Shown: one piece after another, positions 31,808 to 42,444 of the stretch
Numbering within the stretch: position 1 is the stretch's first letter
How the letters are laid out: each line of letters opens with the position of its first letter
Assembly (NCBI GenBank): GCA_900128585.1
Contig: LT642176.1
Span: 1-42,444 of the forward strand
Origin: Stramenopiles sp. TOSAG23-3
Taxonomy: Eukaryota
Length of the DNA: 42,444 bases
Reading direction: 5' to 3'
Position numbers and translations under genes: made by a program
Notes under the pieces: model-generated
Seen by the model: only the letters and a program-made list of their open reading frames with translations
What the model was told of the DNA's origin: nothing
Database searches by the model: none

Positions 31808-31838
31808 TCTCGTGTTGACTTCGCAAGTCAACACGAGA
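31808..31838. promoter_or_regulatory. Perfect 14-bp inverted repeat upstream of the EF-hand gene
   Basis: TCTCGTGTTGACTT-CGC-AAGTCAACACGAGA. The repeat is visible; the regulatory role is inferred. Confidence 0.55.
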
Positions 31839-33036
31839 TATTCAATCGAACCCAAACGAGGGGATGTTGAATAAATTCAAAAAAAAATGCGTTAACTAAC
31901 ACCCTCACAGCACCTCTCCCCTGCTTTTACATTCTTCAAAAAGATCAACAAAAAACAACAACAACTGCAAGACGAGTGGTTCAACTATATATGGAATTAA
32001 TAGGGAATTATACTAATAATAAATACTCAGGCCGGTTTTTCAGTCATCATCAGTGTGTTTTTTTTATTTAATTAATTAATTATTATTTTTTTGAAAGAAA
32101 GAAGAGAAGAAGTACAATAATAACTATATATAAAGACATCATCAGAATTCATCCTTCAAAACAATGCTGTTTTCATGTATACAATTAAAATACAAGGAAT
32201 TACAATGTTAAACAAATCAAGAGAGCAGAGCTTTCAGTATTTTCCTTTGTATTCAACTCTGATGAAAAATAACAGGCAATTAACATTAAATTGAAATAAT
32301 AATTATTTAATTTGTTTTTATGAGATTCGTTGACTTACTTATTATACCGTTTTCTTTTCTCAATGCTATTGTATGTATTATTAATATATTTCTTTCCTGT
32401 GTGTTAGTTGTGTGTTCTCCTCTCTTCTTTTCTCTTCTTCTCTTTTCTTTGGTTTATTTTTGGAAAGAAGAAGAGTTAAAATAAAGGCAAAATTAGTTTG
32501 TAGGTGGTGATGACATTCTTGTCATTTTATACTTATATTTAATATTATATTTTATACATTTACTATCTATGAAATAAAATAATTAAAAATCAGTTATTTA
32601 TTCTTACCTATACAATACTATTGTTATATAAGAAAAAATGATTTAGTCGTTTTATCATTTATTGTATTTTACCTATCTAATGTAGTAGTATTTATATTCT
32701 TTCTTCTTCTTATTATTTATTACATTATCATCGCCTCCCCCCTCCTCCCTCCAATAATAAATAATAATAATAATAATAAAAAAGTTTGAACTTCACGTTT
32801 CCTACATCTAAAAAAATGTATTCTTGTGCCACCAGGATAAAGAGAAAGATGTAAAAACATGTAGGTTGAGAAAAGGACGGGGGGAAGAAGGACATCATCT
32901 TCTAAGAAACTGTGTGCGATCGATTCGATACTAAGAACAAAAAGATTAAAAATACTTATTTATTTGCGGTATAGTTTAGTCATCTTCACGGAAAGAAGAA
33001 AAAACAGAAAGCTGTTGTAGTCGTCACAACGTCGAT

Positions 33037-35785
33037 ATGGCTTCCAAGTATGCGGTAACGCCAAAAAAAGACAGTGTAGAAGAGGAAGCGGAGAAGAAGA
33101 AAGAAGACGATGACGTGAAGTCAGAAGGGGGAAAGTCGGTAAAAAGTGGGGATGACGATGACGACGAAGACGAGACCATGATCTTCAAATATACGAAGAA
33201 GAACGAAGACGGTAGCCAGGAACACATCGAGGAAGAGTGGTCCGTGGAGCATGCAAAAATTTTGTACCTGATGTCCAAGTACGCCAAAGCCGCTCGCAAG
33301 GCAGACGACGCGGAAGGCTGGATTCGTCAGATCCCCCTGCTTGTGCTGCTGTATGAAGGCATCGAAGCGGGGAAGTTGGATTTTGACTACGCCCCGTGCA
33401 GTATGCTGATATCCCAGGACGGCCGCTCTCGACGGGTGTGGCTAAACATTACCCAAGAAGGAAAGGCTGCTGTAGACGATTTGCGTGAAAAGGAACTCAT
33501 CAACGGGCTAAAACTTAGCACAGAGGATTTTCAGCCTGTCACGGCATTTCAGGTGTCGCTTCGAGGGCTGGAACTCTGCGATCAGCTTGGCCAGGAGTAC
33601 AAAGCAGTAGTCGACGAGTACACGACATCCCCGGACGGCCACTTGTTGCAAGTGAAGTTCGTGGCGAAGGAGGATCCTGGGGACGGCCAAGACGGGCTCG
33701 AGGAAGAGGGGGACGGGGACGACGATGGAGGGGACGGAGACGACGACGACGACGACGATGAGGGTGCAGGGTCATTCTTTATGTGCTGCCCAGAAACAAG
33801 TTTCGAAAGAGAAAGTGGGGTCACGGATACCGAGGACGTGTCGTATGTTTCTAGCCCATACCTTCCTTCGTGCGTGCGCAACCCACGTGACCAGCGCGCG
33901 TTCACGAGCAATGCACACCGGAAGCACGAAAGTGCGCAAGGGAACTCCAACATTCGGGATGAACTTGACGAAGCGGTGACGCTCGCTTATGTTCATGTCA
34001 TGGTTGGTGAATGGATTCCCTTCGGTTCGAACCAGATCGTGGCGCTCAACGAACGCCTGGGGGCAATGGACCGATGCCAGGGGGGGGTTGTTTACTGCAG
34101 TCGTCGACAAACACCCCACGCAAACCCAGTTTGATGTGCCCCCTGGATTGACCCAGGTTACCATATTGGATTACGACTTTGTTCGGTTCATCAATTTTGA
34201 GGCAGAAATCAACTACCCGGAAGAGGATGGCATCGTCCAGGTCGAAAATTTCGGCATTCACTTAAACGTGGACGGAACCGTGCTGTACGGGATGAAAATT
34301 GAAGCGATCCTGGACCGCACAGAGGAAAGTGTCAGCGTCGATCACTTGGCGCGGTTGCTGGTGGATGTGCATCAGGACACGTCTCAGATCATGAACGATT
34401 TGCTCTCAGCGTACCAACGAAGTCTTTTGGATATGATTTTCATGGGAGATATGGACCAGCGAGGAAAGTTCAACATGCTGATTTCCGAGGGCATCGAGCC
34501 GTTCCAGCCCGCTGAGGAGTACATGGATCGAGAGGACAAAGAGAATGAACTGAAGCAGGTGCTTGGTGACCTCCACAAGAGTTTCGATCTAGGGGAAGAC
34601 GGTGTCTTGATTGTTGGGCGTGATGGTATTTTGGTAGCCGGTGCAAATGCCGGTGATTGCGAAGAGCTTTTGGTATGTTACTTGTCCTTGCTCTGTCGCG
34701 AAATGTTTATTCGTAATTTTTTCACTCGGACGTTCGTCATGGACGACTTACTCAAGCGCATCCGGCGCTTGATTTTGTCATACCAGGAAGACCCAAATCA
34801 CATCCCTGACATACGGCTGAAAATTAACGACGCTTCCAGGGACATCATCTTGTTAACGGAGATCCTCTCGTACCTGTTGGAGAGTTTAGTCGGCATGTCG
34901 ATGCCCGATCGTCCAAAAGGAAAGATCGAGGGGACCCTCTTCGATCGCCTAGACGTAAAGCAGCAGCTTCACGACGTAACGCTGCGTGCTACGGACCTGG
35001 AAAAGTTAGTTCATGGCGCAAGCCACGAGTTGAACAACTTGCAACAAATGACTGATGTCATTAACACCAAGCAGCTAGAAGACGTATTTAAAAACGTAGA
35101 AGCCAATACCAAGTACCTGGTCGATGCATCGGCTGCAAACGAACGCGCGTCCGCATCGCTCGAAGTCATGCAAGTAATTTTGGCAGGGTCATTTGCCTTC
35201 GACATTGTCGACCGCCTGTCGGGTGGCACGTTAAATATCACAGTGCCGGACTGGGTCAACAGCTTGATAGTGGACCCTATTATTTCTGTCCCCATGCTGT
35301 GGTTCTTTATCAACATGGTGTGGTTGCTTTGTGTTTCCATTGCGTTGATGAAGTTGATGGCGTACTTGGGCGAACAAGCGAATGGCGCATTGACTGTGCG
35401 GGTCAAGATCAATAAAAAAATCGACGTGAAGAAGTTGGAGGCATTCATCAGGACCAGAAACATTGAAGTCACGGACGCTATCTCCGAGCCCCATGGAGAT
35501 CTGAAAAAAGCGACATGGCAAGAAACAGACAAAGTCAAATGGCAAGGAGAACCACCGAAAATCGAAGCTCAGTACAACGAAACCTACGGGTTTCTTCTTG
35601 CGGTAACCTTCAGCGTAAATGCTCGCAATACTGAACTAGATGAAGGGGGGCTGCTCGGAAGATTTATTGAGGATATGCGTTCTGAGGGAATTCTTGTGGC
35701 AGACGATTTGGGACCTATGCTGAATGGTGCGGTTAAAAAGCATGAAGGTGAGAGCGATGATGAGGACGATTCCAAGAAGAAGTAA
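33037..35785 (+). CDS. Hypothetical ~915-aa protein with C-terminal coiled coil and 2 TM helices; apparent +1 frameshift at G8 (34080-34087)
   Basis: ORFs 33037-34134 and 33989-35785 join as ...MDRCQGG/LFTAVVDK... if one G is removed. Coding-like composition is continuous across the junction. Confidence 0.8.
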
Positions 35786-35980
35786 ACACAAATATGGGTA
35801 AAAAGTAAAAGTCAAAATAAGAGATAAAAATGTGTTTGTACACAAAAAAACAAATTATATTTAGTATGTGCTTTAAGACTCTCATTTTAAATCAAGTGTG
35901 TACAAATACTTTCTTTTTTAAACAAAATGTGTATGGCTTTACAAAGTCGGTTAAGTAAGTTTTTTTATTGGGAAAAGCAG

Positions 35981-37329
35981 TCACGGGACTACCGAGTGCT
36001 TCATCCGATTTCGAACAACTATTTTTTTCAAGACAAACAAAAACCGACGACGGTCCCTTCGCCTTAGTCGGGACCGCTTGCAAACGCCTACCTTAAATGG
36101 TTCAATGTTCCATCTCCATTGTTGGGCAGGTCGCATGAATTTTTTTCCATACAAAGCTGTTAGGATCGTGCTCGTCGGCACAGGGACTTTCACTGAGACT
36201 CCGTGCCACGTGAAATTCCGGGTGTGGCCACTGTACGGGGTAGGGCACTTGTTGTACTTCGATTTGGGAGCCCACAATCCCCAAATATATTTATCCTTCT
36301 CCAACGATACCCCGAACAAGTCAACTTTTACACCGTATTTAGTCCACGAGGTTTCAAAGCCTACGACGTTTCGTTTCTCCTTGGGTGGTGCAGACCGTTT
36401 TGCTCCAGGAAAAAACCATTTGAAACGAAACCCGGCGCTCTTTAGAGTTGAACTCAATTTATCAAAATTTTCGGCATACCAACTCCTTTCAATTACAAAA
36501 TCAACGTCGTTTCCAAATACGGTGCAATGGCGTACTAATCCAAGGAGAGTCCCAGCGTGTATAAATGTTGGGGCGTTAATACTGTTCACTGCCGCTGCAA
36601 AATCCCGCATAGCCTTCCACAACTTACTGTTTGGGTTATGTTTCCGTTTTTGTTTTCCTTCGCAGGCTAAGATAATCAGACCCTTGTCATCTTTATCCAC
36701 GTTGGGGGGGGGGGCTTGTCACGTTCTCATGGGTTGTCTTATTCAATGGAATAGTACTGTTGTGCAGGGGACGAATAGCTTTACGCGCCGTTCTGTTTGT
36801 CTGACTATGAATGGTTTTTACAATTTTTAAAAGTGTTTTCTCCTGTATTGGAAAAGTGTTCGGTATTTCGAATGACGATGCCGTGATGTTATTATCACTC
36901 CACCATGAATATACTGCTATTGTTGCGAAAATGAAGGCGGCGAAAGCGAGAAGAGACAGCTTCCGTCGAATCGGTCCAGTCATCCCTCCCGTCTCTTCTT
37001 CTAGAGTTAACTCGGGCAATGGGAATAGTTTGTCATCTTCCAGGCCAATTGTACCATCGTTTGAAGATTCAGGATCATCACACAAAACTTCGTCCTTATT
37101 CCTGGCCTCAGTCACTTTCAGAACAATTTGGTTTTCACTTACCGTTACCGCCGATTCTTCCACGGGAGCACTGCTCACCGCGCCCTTTCCCGCCTGTTCA
37201 ACAGCCACTCCTTCCGTTGCCTGGTCGGCCATGTCTTCTTTACTGCTCTCCCGCCTGTTCAACAGCCACTCCTTCCGTTGCCTGGTCGGCCATGTCTTCT
37301 TTCGTTTGCCCACCGGTGTCGTTTTCCAT
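35981..37329 (-). CDS. LicD/fukutin-like type II membrane nucleotidyltransferase-fold protein; apparent frameshift at C11 (36704-36714), start uncertain
   Basis: AGTLLGLVRHC..NDVDF, VKVDLF, VPVP..LTALYG..W.W. The upstream ORF supplies a TM anchor (LSLLAFAAFIFATIAVYSWW). Removing one C joins TSPPP/NVDKDD. Possible starts at 37232, 37329 or 37451. Confidence 0.75.
37188..37302. repeat. Perfect 54-bp direct repeat, period 61 bp
   Basis: 37188-37241 is identical to 37249-37302. Confidence 0.95.
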
Positions 37330-37923
37330 GCTATCGTTTCATTTGCAGTCTTTTCAAACAGAAAGTCTTCTTGCGACACACACCCATGTCTTGCATTGTT
37401 GCTGTCAAAATGCGGGGCTTCAGCCCTCGTATATAAATTCATGGGATACATTTATATAGCTTTATATATATAAGAAGAAAGAAGAAGAGAAATATAATAA
37501 ATACCACCCTCCTCCTGGGGTCCTGGGGAGGTTTTATTTTTTTATTTTAATAATAATACCTGGTACCGGTACGGTACCTGTATTATACCTGGTACGTACC
37601 TGTATTATATCAGTTGTAAGCAATTTTGATCTTCTTCTCTCCCACTCACTGCTGCTTTGTTGTTGGAGAGCAGTGTGTGATGATTGATTGACACAACATC
37701 TTGGTGGTGGTACGAATGCCTGCTATTTTTATGTAAAAAAAAACAAATTATATTTAGCATTTGTGAATTTGCTGAAAACAAAATAATGGTTATATGATCA
37801 CATTTATTTAAGAGAGTATCATACCGGTTATATAAAAAAAAACTAATATGATATATAGTATGTTTTAAGACTCTCAAGATAATTCCAATTGTAAAACTGA
37901 TCTAATTTTGCAACTGCTAAAAT

Positions 37924-40900
37924 TCATATCACATAAAGTCGGTCGGTACCTCCTTTGTCGTTCCTACGATATCGACCCAGTTCCCAATTATAATCTTCAA
38001 AACTTCGTACCATCTCGTCTGGTGGTGTTCCATAATTGGCTTGATCAAGTGGTTGAGAACTATGCTGTGACTCCGATTTTTCATTATCCAGGCTGTTTGG
38101 TTATATAATACGTAAACACAAATGTGCAAGATCGAATATGTAAGAACTCTTAACCAAACTAATACAAAACTCGAGTTGACGATCATAAATATAGACGATG
38201 ACTACCCATCCAGTCCATCCCCTTCTTGTTCTGCCATAAGGGCTTTGTGTTTCATCTGTTTGGCTTGTCCAACCCCCTTCATGAAAAAATTTAAAGCTGC
38301 TGCTTTGTTGAAATCGGCATTTTTTTCAGACGTCATGATGGCTTTCATTTCTTTACACTGTGGTGCACCAAGCGTTGGGTACGCTGGGAGGGAAGCGCAA
38401 GCACATCCCAAGATGTCAAATTTCGGACAAATTACCGTTGGGGCGGGATCGCCGAACGGGGCTTCAAATTTGTAGGTCCGGTCGAAGGATGGTTTTGGAC
38501 CTTTGAGCATTTTTTTCAGGTCTTTTTTCAACTCGGCTTCCTTTGCTAATGCCTTCTTCTGTTTTGTTTTGATTATCTGCAACTTTGCTTTCTGGCTCTT
38601 TAACTTTTGTCTTAGAATGATTTTTGGGCACCCCTTCGCTTCGCTCACTTTCAACTTGAGCAAGTCTATATGAGCAGTCTTATGCTGAATTTCCACTGCC
38701 CACCCATTGAGTAAGGCCTTTCCAAATGCCGCAGCGGCGGGCACGACGGGCGAGTTTGTCTTGGCCTCGAGCGTTTCATCAATAAGCGCAGTCTCCATGT
38801 ATTTAGAATCGCGCAGACCTAAAATTTTCTTGTGCGCAACTTCGTTTCTAGCACCGACGTCGACGAATGCCATCGCTGCGGCAGCTTCTGCGGACGATTT
38901 TGCTGCGTCGGCAAAGGCCATTCCCACTTTTGCTGTCTTTTTTATCATTTCTTTTATTGAATCTTGGAACGTTTTCATTATGTCTTGCATGACATCGTCC
39001 CCGACGGGTTTCTGGCATTGACCCTGTTGCATGCAAGGAGGCATTACAAATGGTGGGGCCGGACCTACCCCCACGGGCGGTGGATTTTTCAACAGCGTTT
39101 CTATCCCTGGATCAGTCACCAAATTGATCATGATTTCACATACCGTAGCCAAGGGCCTACCGGGCGACGGGCATTTTTCCAGGCATTCGTCATTTTTTTT
39201 GTTGCACCAGTCTTGCCGCTCTACAATATGTATTTTGCACAGCTTCTCCAACCTGCCGTTGTATATCCACGGCGCACTCTGTTTTCCTTGCCACATTGTC
39301 ATCGCCAGCCCAGTCGACATTGCAGTTGCAGCCCTGCCAACTTTGCTGATAATGTCGGACAAAGCGATGGCAAGTTGTTTGCCAAACTCGACACCTCCAG
39401 CGCCAGACATCATTAGGGCTGCCGCTGCGGCAGCTTTCCACGCCATCACGCGCGCTTTGTGGGTCGCCTTTACTTTGTCGATCAACCCCTCGGCCCCGGG
39501 GGGTACTCCGTTCGGCCAAGATTCGGACGGATCCACGTACATGCTGGAAGGGTCGCCATCCTTCTCTGGTCCGCCGTTGCTCCCGGGGCGCCCTTTCACT
39601 TCCGATTTGGGCTTGCCAAACTTACAGACTAACTTTTCTTTTCGAGACTTGGCTTTTGCTTTCCAGTCTCCCGCGGTTTCTTCTGCCTCCTTTTCATCGT
39701 GCTCCAGATCTTTGAGCCCTGCCTCCATCTTTTTCCTCTCCGCGGGTGTCAATCCAACAGTCTCACTGGGCGCTTCCTGGGGACCCAAGTTGTTTGCTAG
39801 TGCACGATTTGCTCCTAGTGCGATTTCAGAATCCAAAGCGTCTGCGGCCGCTTTTTTGTAAACCTGCTCGGCTTTGTTTGTGGTCTTTGCGGCCTCTTCT
39901 AATCTGCTCTGGTCGTCCAACTTGGCTGCTTTTGGGCAACGGCCCTCCGTGGCTCTCCATACGTTCAATTCCCTCACATTTATCTTTCTCAGCAGGGCGC
40001 AAAGGCGGGGGGATAGGGGCGCCACCTTCTCGGTTTTCTGCACCAAGGCTTCTGAGCACGTGGCTGCTCGGTCTAGCTTGCACGACATTTTCGTGTACGG
40101 CGCCACGCGAACTTCCAAGGTTGGAAAAATGCTCTGTTCGGCTTCAGGAGCCCACAGATAAGTGCTGCAAGGTCGCAATTTGTCATAGGGAACGCGGATG
40201 CTTATGACGGGTGGACTGGCCCGGATTGTCTTGGCCATCGACCCTAGGAAGTAGTTTGAGACTACAAACTTTAATTCTTCCTTTGACCACGATATTTCGT
40301 GGGTCCCTTTCAGTCTCCCGTCGAAGAAAGGGTTGTGAGCTTGAAAGAATTGTCTTTGCTGCTGTTCTGTAATTTCCACCTTGTACGGCTCATTGAGCAA
40401 AGACAAGCATGTCGTGTCTTTGACTCCCCGCAAATTGAATTTCAGCTCTATTTCGACGGTTTTCCCTTTCGGGAGCTTCCAATTGAACAGCCCGCCGCCA
40501 AAAACGTTAATTTCTACCATGGAAAATCGATCGAACCGAGTTTCAAGTTTCGTCCCATCGGGTGTATCGGTCCACAATGACGACGATTTTCCGCCCCGCC
40601 TCGGGGCAAATGTAAAGGTGTAACTGTGATTCGGCCCATGCTTGTCCTGCAAGCAATACATTTCATTCTCCATCAACTCGGCGTCGACGTCTATGTTTTT
40701 GCAGCGAGACGGGGGGAACTTAACAACTTCAAAATCAATTACAGCTTTCGTTTCAGAAAGTTCTTTGTCTTCCTTGCACATGGGGCACGTGTCCAGGGTT
40801 GTGCTTTCATCGATGGACAACAGGGATGACATGTTTGCCTCCTCCTCCCCTTCGCCACCCTCCTCTTTTGTGTTGGCACAGTCGCAGGAAAAGTTTGCGT

Positions 40901-42146
40901 CTATTTTGCTCCACTTCAATTCCTGCTTGCAGGAAAAGCACAGGTCCGCTTCAAACGACTTCTGCAAGTCTCTTCGCAGCTTCTTATATGCTTGCTCGGC
41001 AAGTTTGTATTTCTTTTTTACTACCAGGAGTTGCTTCTGGTTCTCCTCATTACGCACGGAGTCCTTTTTCACTGCTTCCTTCATGTCCTTCGACTTGTGC
41101 TGACGAGACTTCTGCCTCTCGTCGCTCAAATCCTCCGTCCCATCCCTAAGCATTCGTTGCTTTTTCGCGCTCTCCTTGGCCTTGGTGTCGTGGGTAAGGG
41201 TGCTGCGAATTTTCATCGCTTTCCGCTTTAGCGCATCCGCTACCGTTGCCATTTCCTCCGCAATATTCATTTTATTTTCACTTTCTTTCTTTTCCTGCTT
41301 GAGTTTTTCCCAATTTCGAAAGTACGGCTCATTCGCAAGTTCCCTTACCTCTTCCATGGGGGATATGTCGATGCTGTGGTACGAAGTTACTTCAATAAGC
41401 CCCGATTCGATGCGTTCCTCAATCAAGGCTATGACATCTTCCATCTTGGTTTTTGTCCGCACTTCTTCCGGCTGTTCGTGCATCCCCGCCAGCTCGTGCA
41501 CGTACCCGTTGTATTTTGCCATCGCCCCCCCTGGCTCAAACAACGACGCCCTTCCGCTGAAAAGGTTCTCTATGACATCGCCGCCTACGTGCTTTTCTAT
41601 CAATGCGCGTGCGCTTTGGACTTCGGAATCTATGCGCTTGTTGTAGACTTTAAAAAAGTATGCAATAGCGTGCAACCTGGCATTGTGCTCTTTCTGCATG
41701 TATTTTTCCATTTTTGGTCTATGTTCTTTCATCAGTTCGAGTCTCTGCTGAAAGTCTCGCACGCTGGATAAATTGCGAAAATTAAACAGGCGTTTCAGGT
41801 CTACTTTTGGGTTGTAATGGTCAAAGGGGGGCGTGCCCCCGTGTCCCCGCAACAAATGTTCATTACGATCCGAGCGTCTATTCAGAGGAACACTCTGTGC
41901 AAAAATGACGTAGAAGAAGATAACGAAACCCGCATGAAGTGCATTGTATGGCAAGCGATACCTGTACCGCCGGGACTTCGCCATCTGTTCTTCCCAGTGG
42001 TGATCCAGAACTAACAAAACACGATTGGGCTGCAACAGTGCAATCCAATGTACCTATCCTCGTTTTCTTCCGTTTGGTTCGAACGACAGGTTTCGCTCTG
42101 AATCCCATGCTCGTTTCCACTTACCTTTTTGTGTATGTATGTTCAT
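37924..42146 (-). CDS. Large secreted or membrane-anchored Cys-rich and coiled-coil protein of unknown function. Main exon 38206-42010; candidate small exons 42125-42146 and 37924-38092
   Basis: 1277-codon ORF with a hydrophobic N-terminal segment. Candidate introns 42011-42124 (GTAAGT..TAG) and 38093-38205 (GTAGTC..CAG) both keep the frame, giving 1331 aa. Unspliced alternative: 38202-41984. Confidence 0.75.
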
Positions 42147-42361
42147 CTGTCGTTTATATAAAACCTATCTACGAGTAGATATTTATATAAGATTATATAG
42201 TTAGTATAGATAAATAATAACTTTAATTGTTTTTTGTTCAAATATCTCATAATAAAACATAAAAAAAACGTTAGTGTACCAATGCTAATTCTATATAAAT
42301 GTTAATGTTCCTAATATTTATATAGTATAAATATACAGCTTGTATAAGATATAAGATAAAG

Positions 42362-42444
42362 CCTGAAGCTGAAATAAGCCCAGAAACGGAAACTCTTTCG
42401 GCCCGCACTATTGCGGAACGAGGTGTGCAGTTAATCGCAACCGC
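42362..42444 (+). pseudogene. Fragment of a ycf45/SpoIIIAA-like AAA ATPase, running off the window
   Basis: Translates PEAEISPETETLSARTIAERGVQLIAT, like the post-Walker-B signature DEIG..EA.AARTIAERGVQL.ATAHG. No ATG, and an in-frame stop at 42323. Confidence 0.55.

Noticed and set aside
37188..37302. Direct repeats as a CRISPR array
   Set aside because: Two 54-bp copies with a 7-bp gap, eukaryotic context and no cas genes.

Overview
Gene-dense eukaryotic nuclear DNA, probably from a protist. A stramenopile is my guess, but the window cannot prove it. About 20 nearly intron-free coding regions of moderate GC are separated by very AT-rich spacers. Recognisable genes: PP2C phosphatase (partial), ORC1 with an extra N-terminal PWWP domain, a FAM185A/DUF4097-like protein, a Nudix hydrolase, an SLC35A nucleotide-sugar transporter, a WDR76/Cmr1-like WD40 protein, prefoldin 2, a PAP2-family protein, a GH27 alpha-galactosidase, an SLC52-like transporter, KIN17, RPL26, a myristoylated EF-hand protein and a LicD/fukutin-like protein. 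Several orphans also occur: a candidate Zn/Ig-fold transcription factor, a zinc-finger protein, a WH2/thymosin-motif protein, a microprotein, a ~915-aa membrane protein and a ~1300-aa secreted protein. Two genes are split by +1 shifts in G/C homopolymers, most likely sequencing errors. The non-coding DNA is patterned. GAA/TTC tracts and GTAC-rich clusters lie only in promoter-side spacers, a ~27-bp motif recurs in three convergent 3'-3' spacers, and candidate introns lie almost only in 5' leaders. I saw no rRNA, tRNA, CRISPR array or transposase. All family calls are motif recognition by eye; no searches were run.
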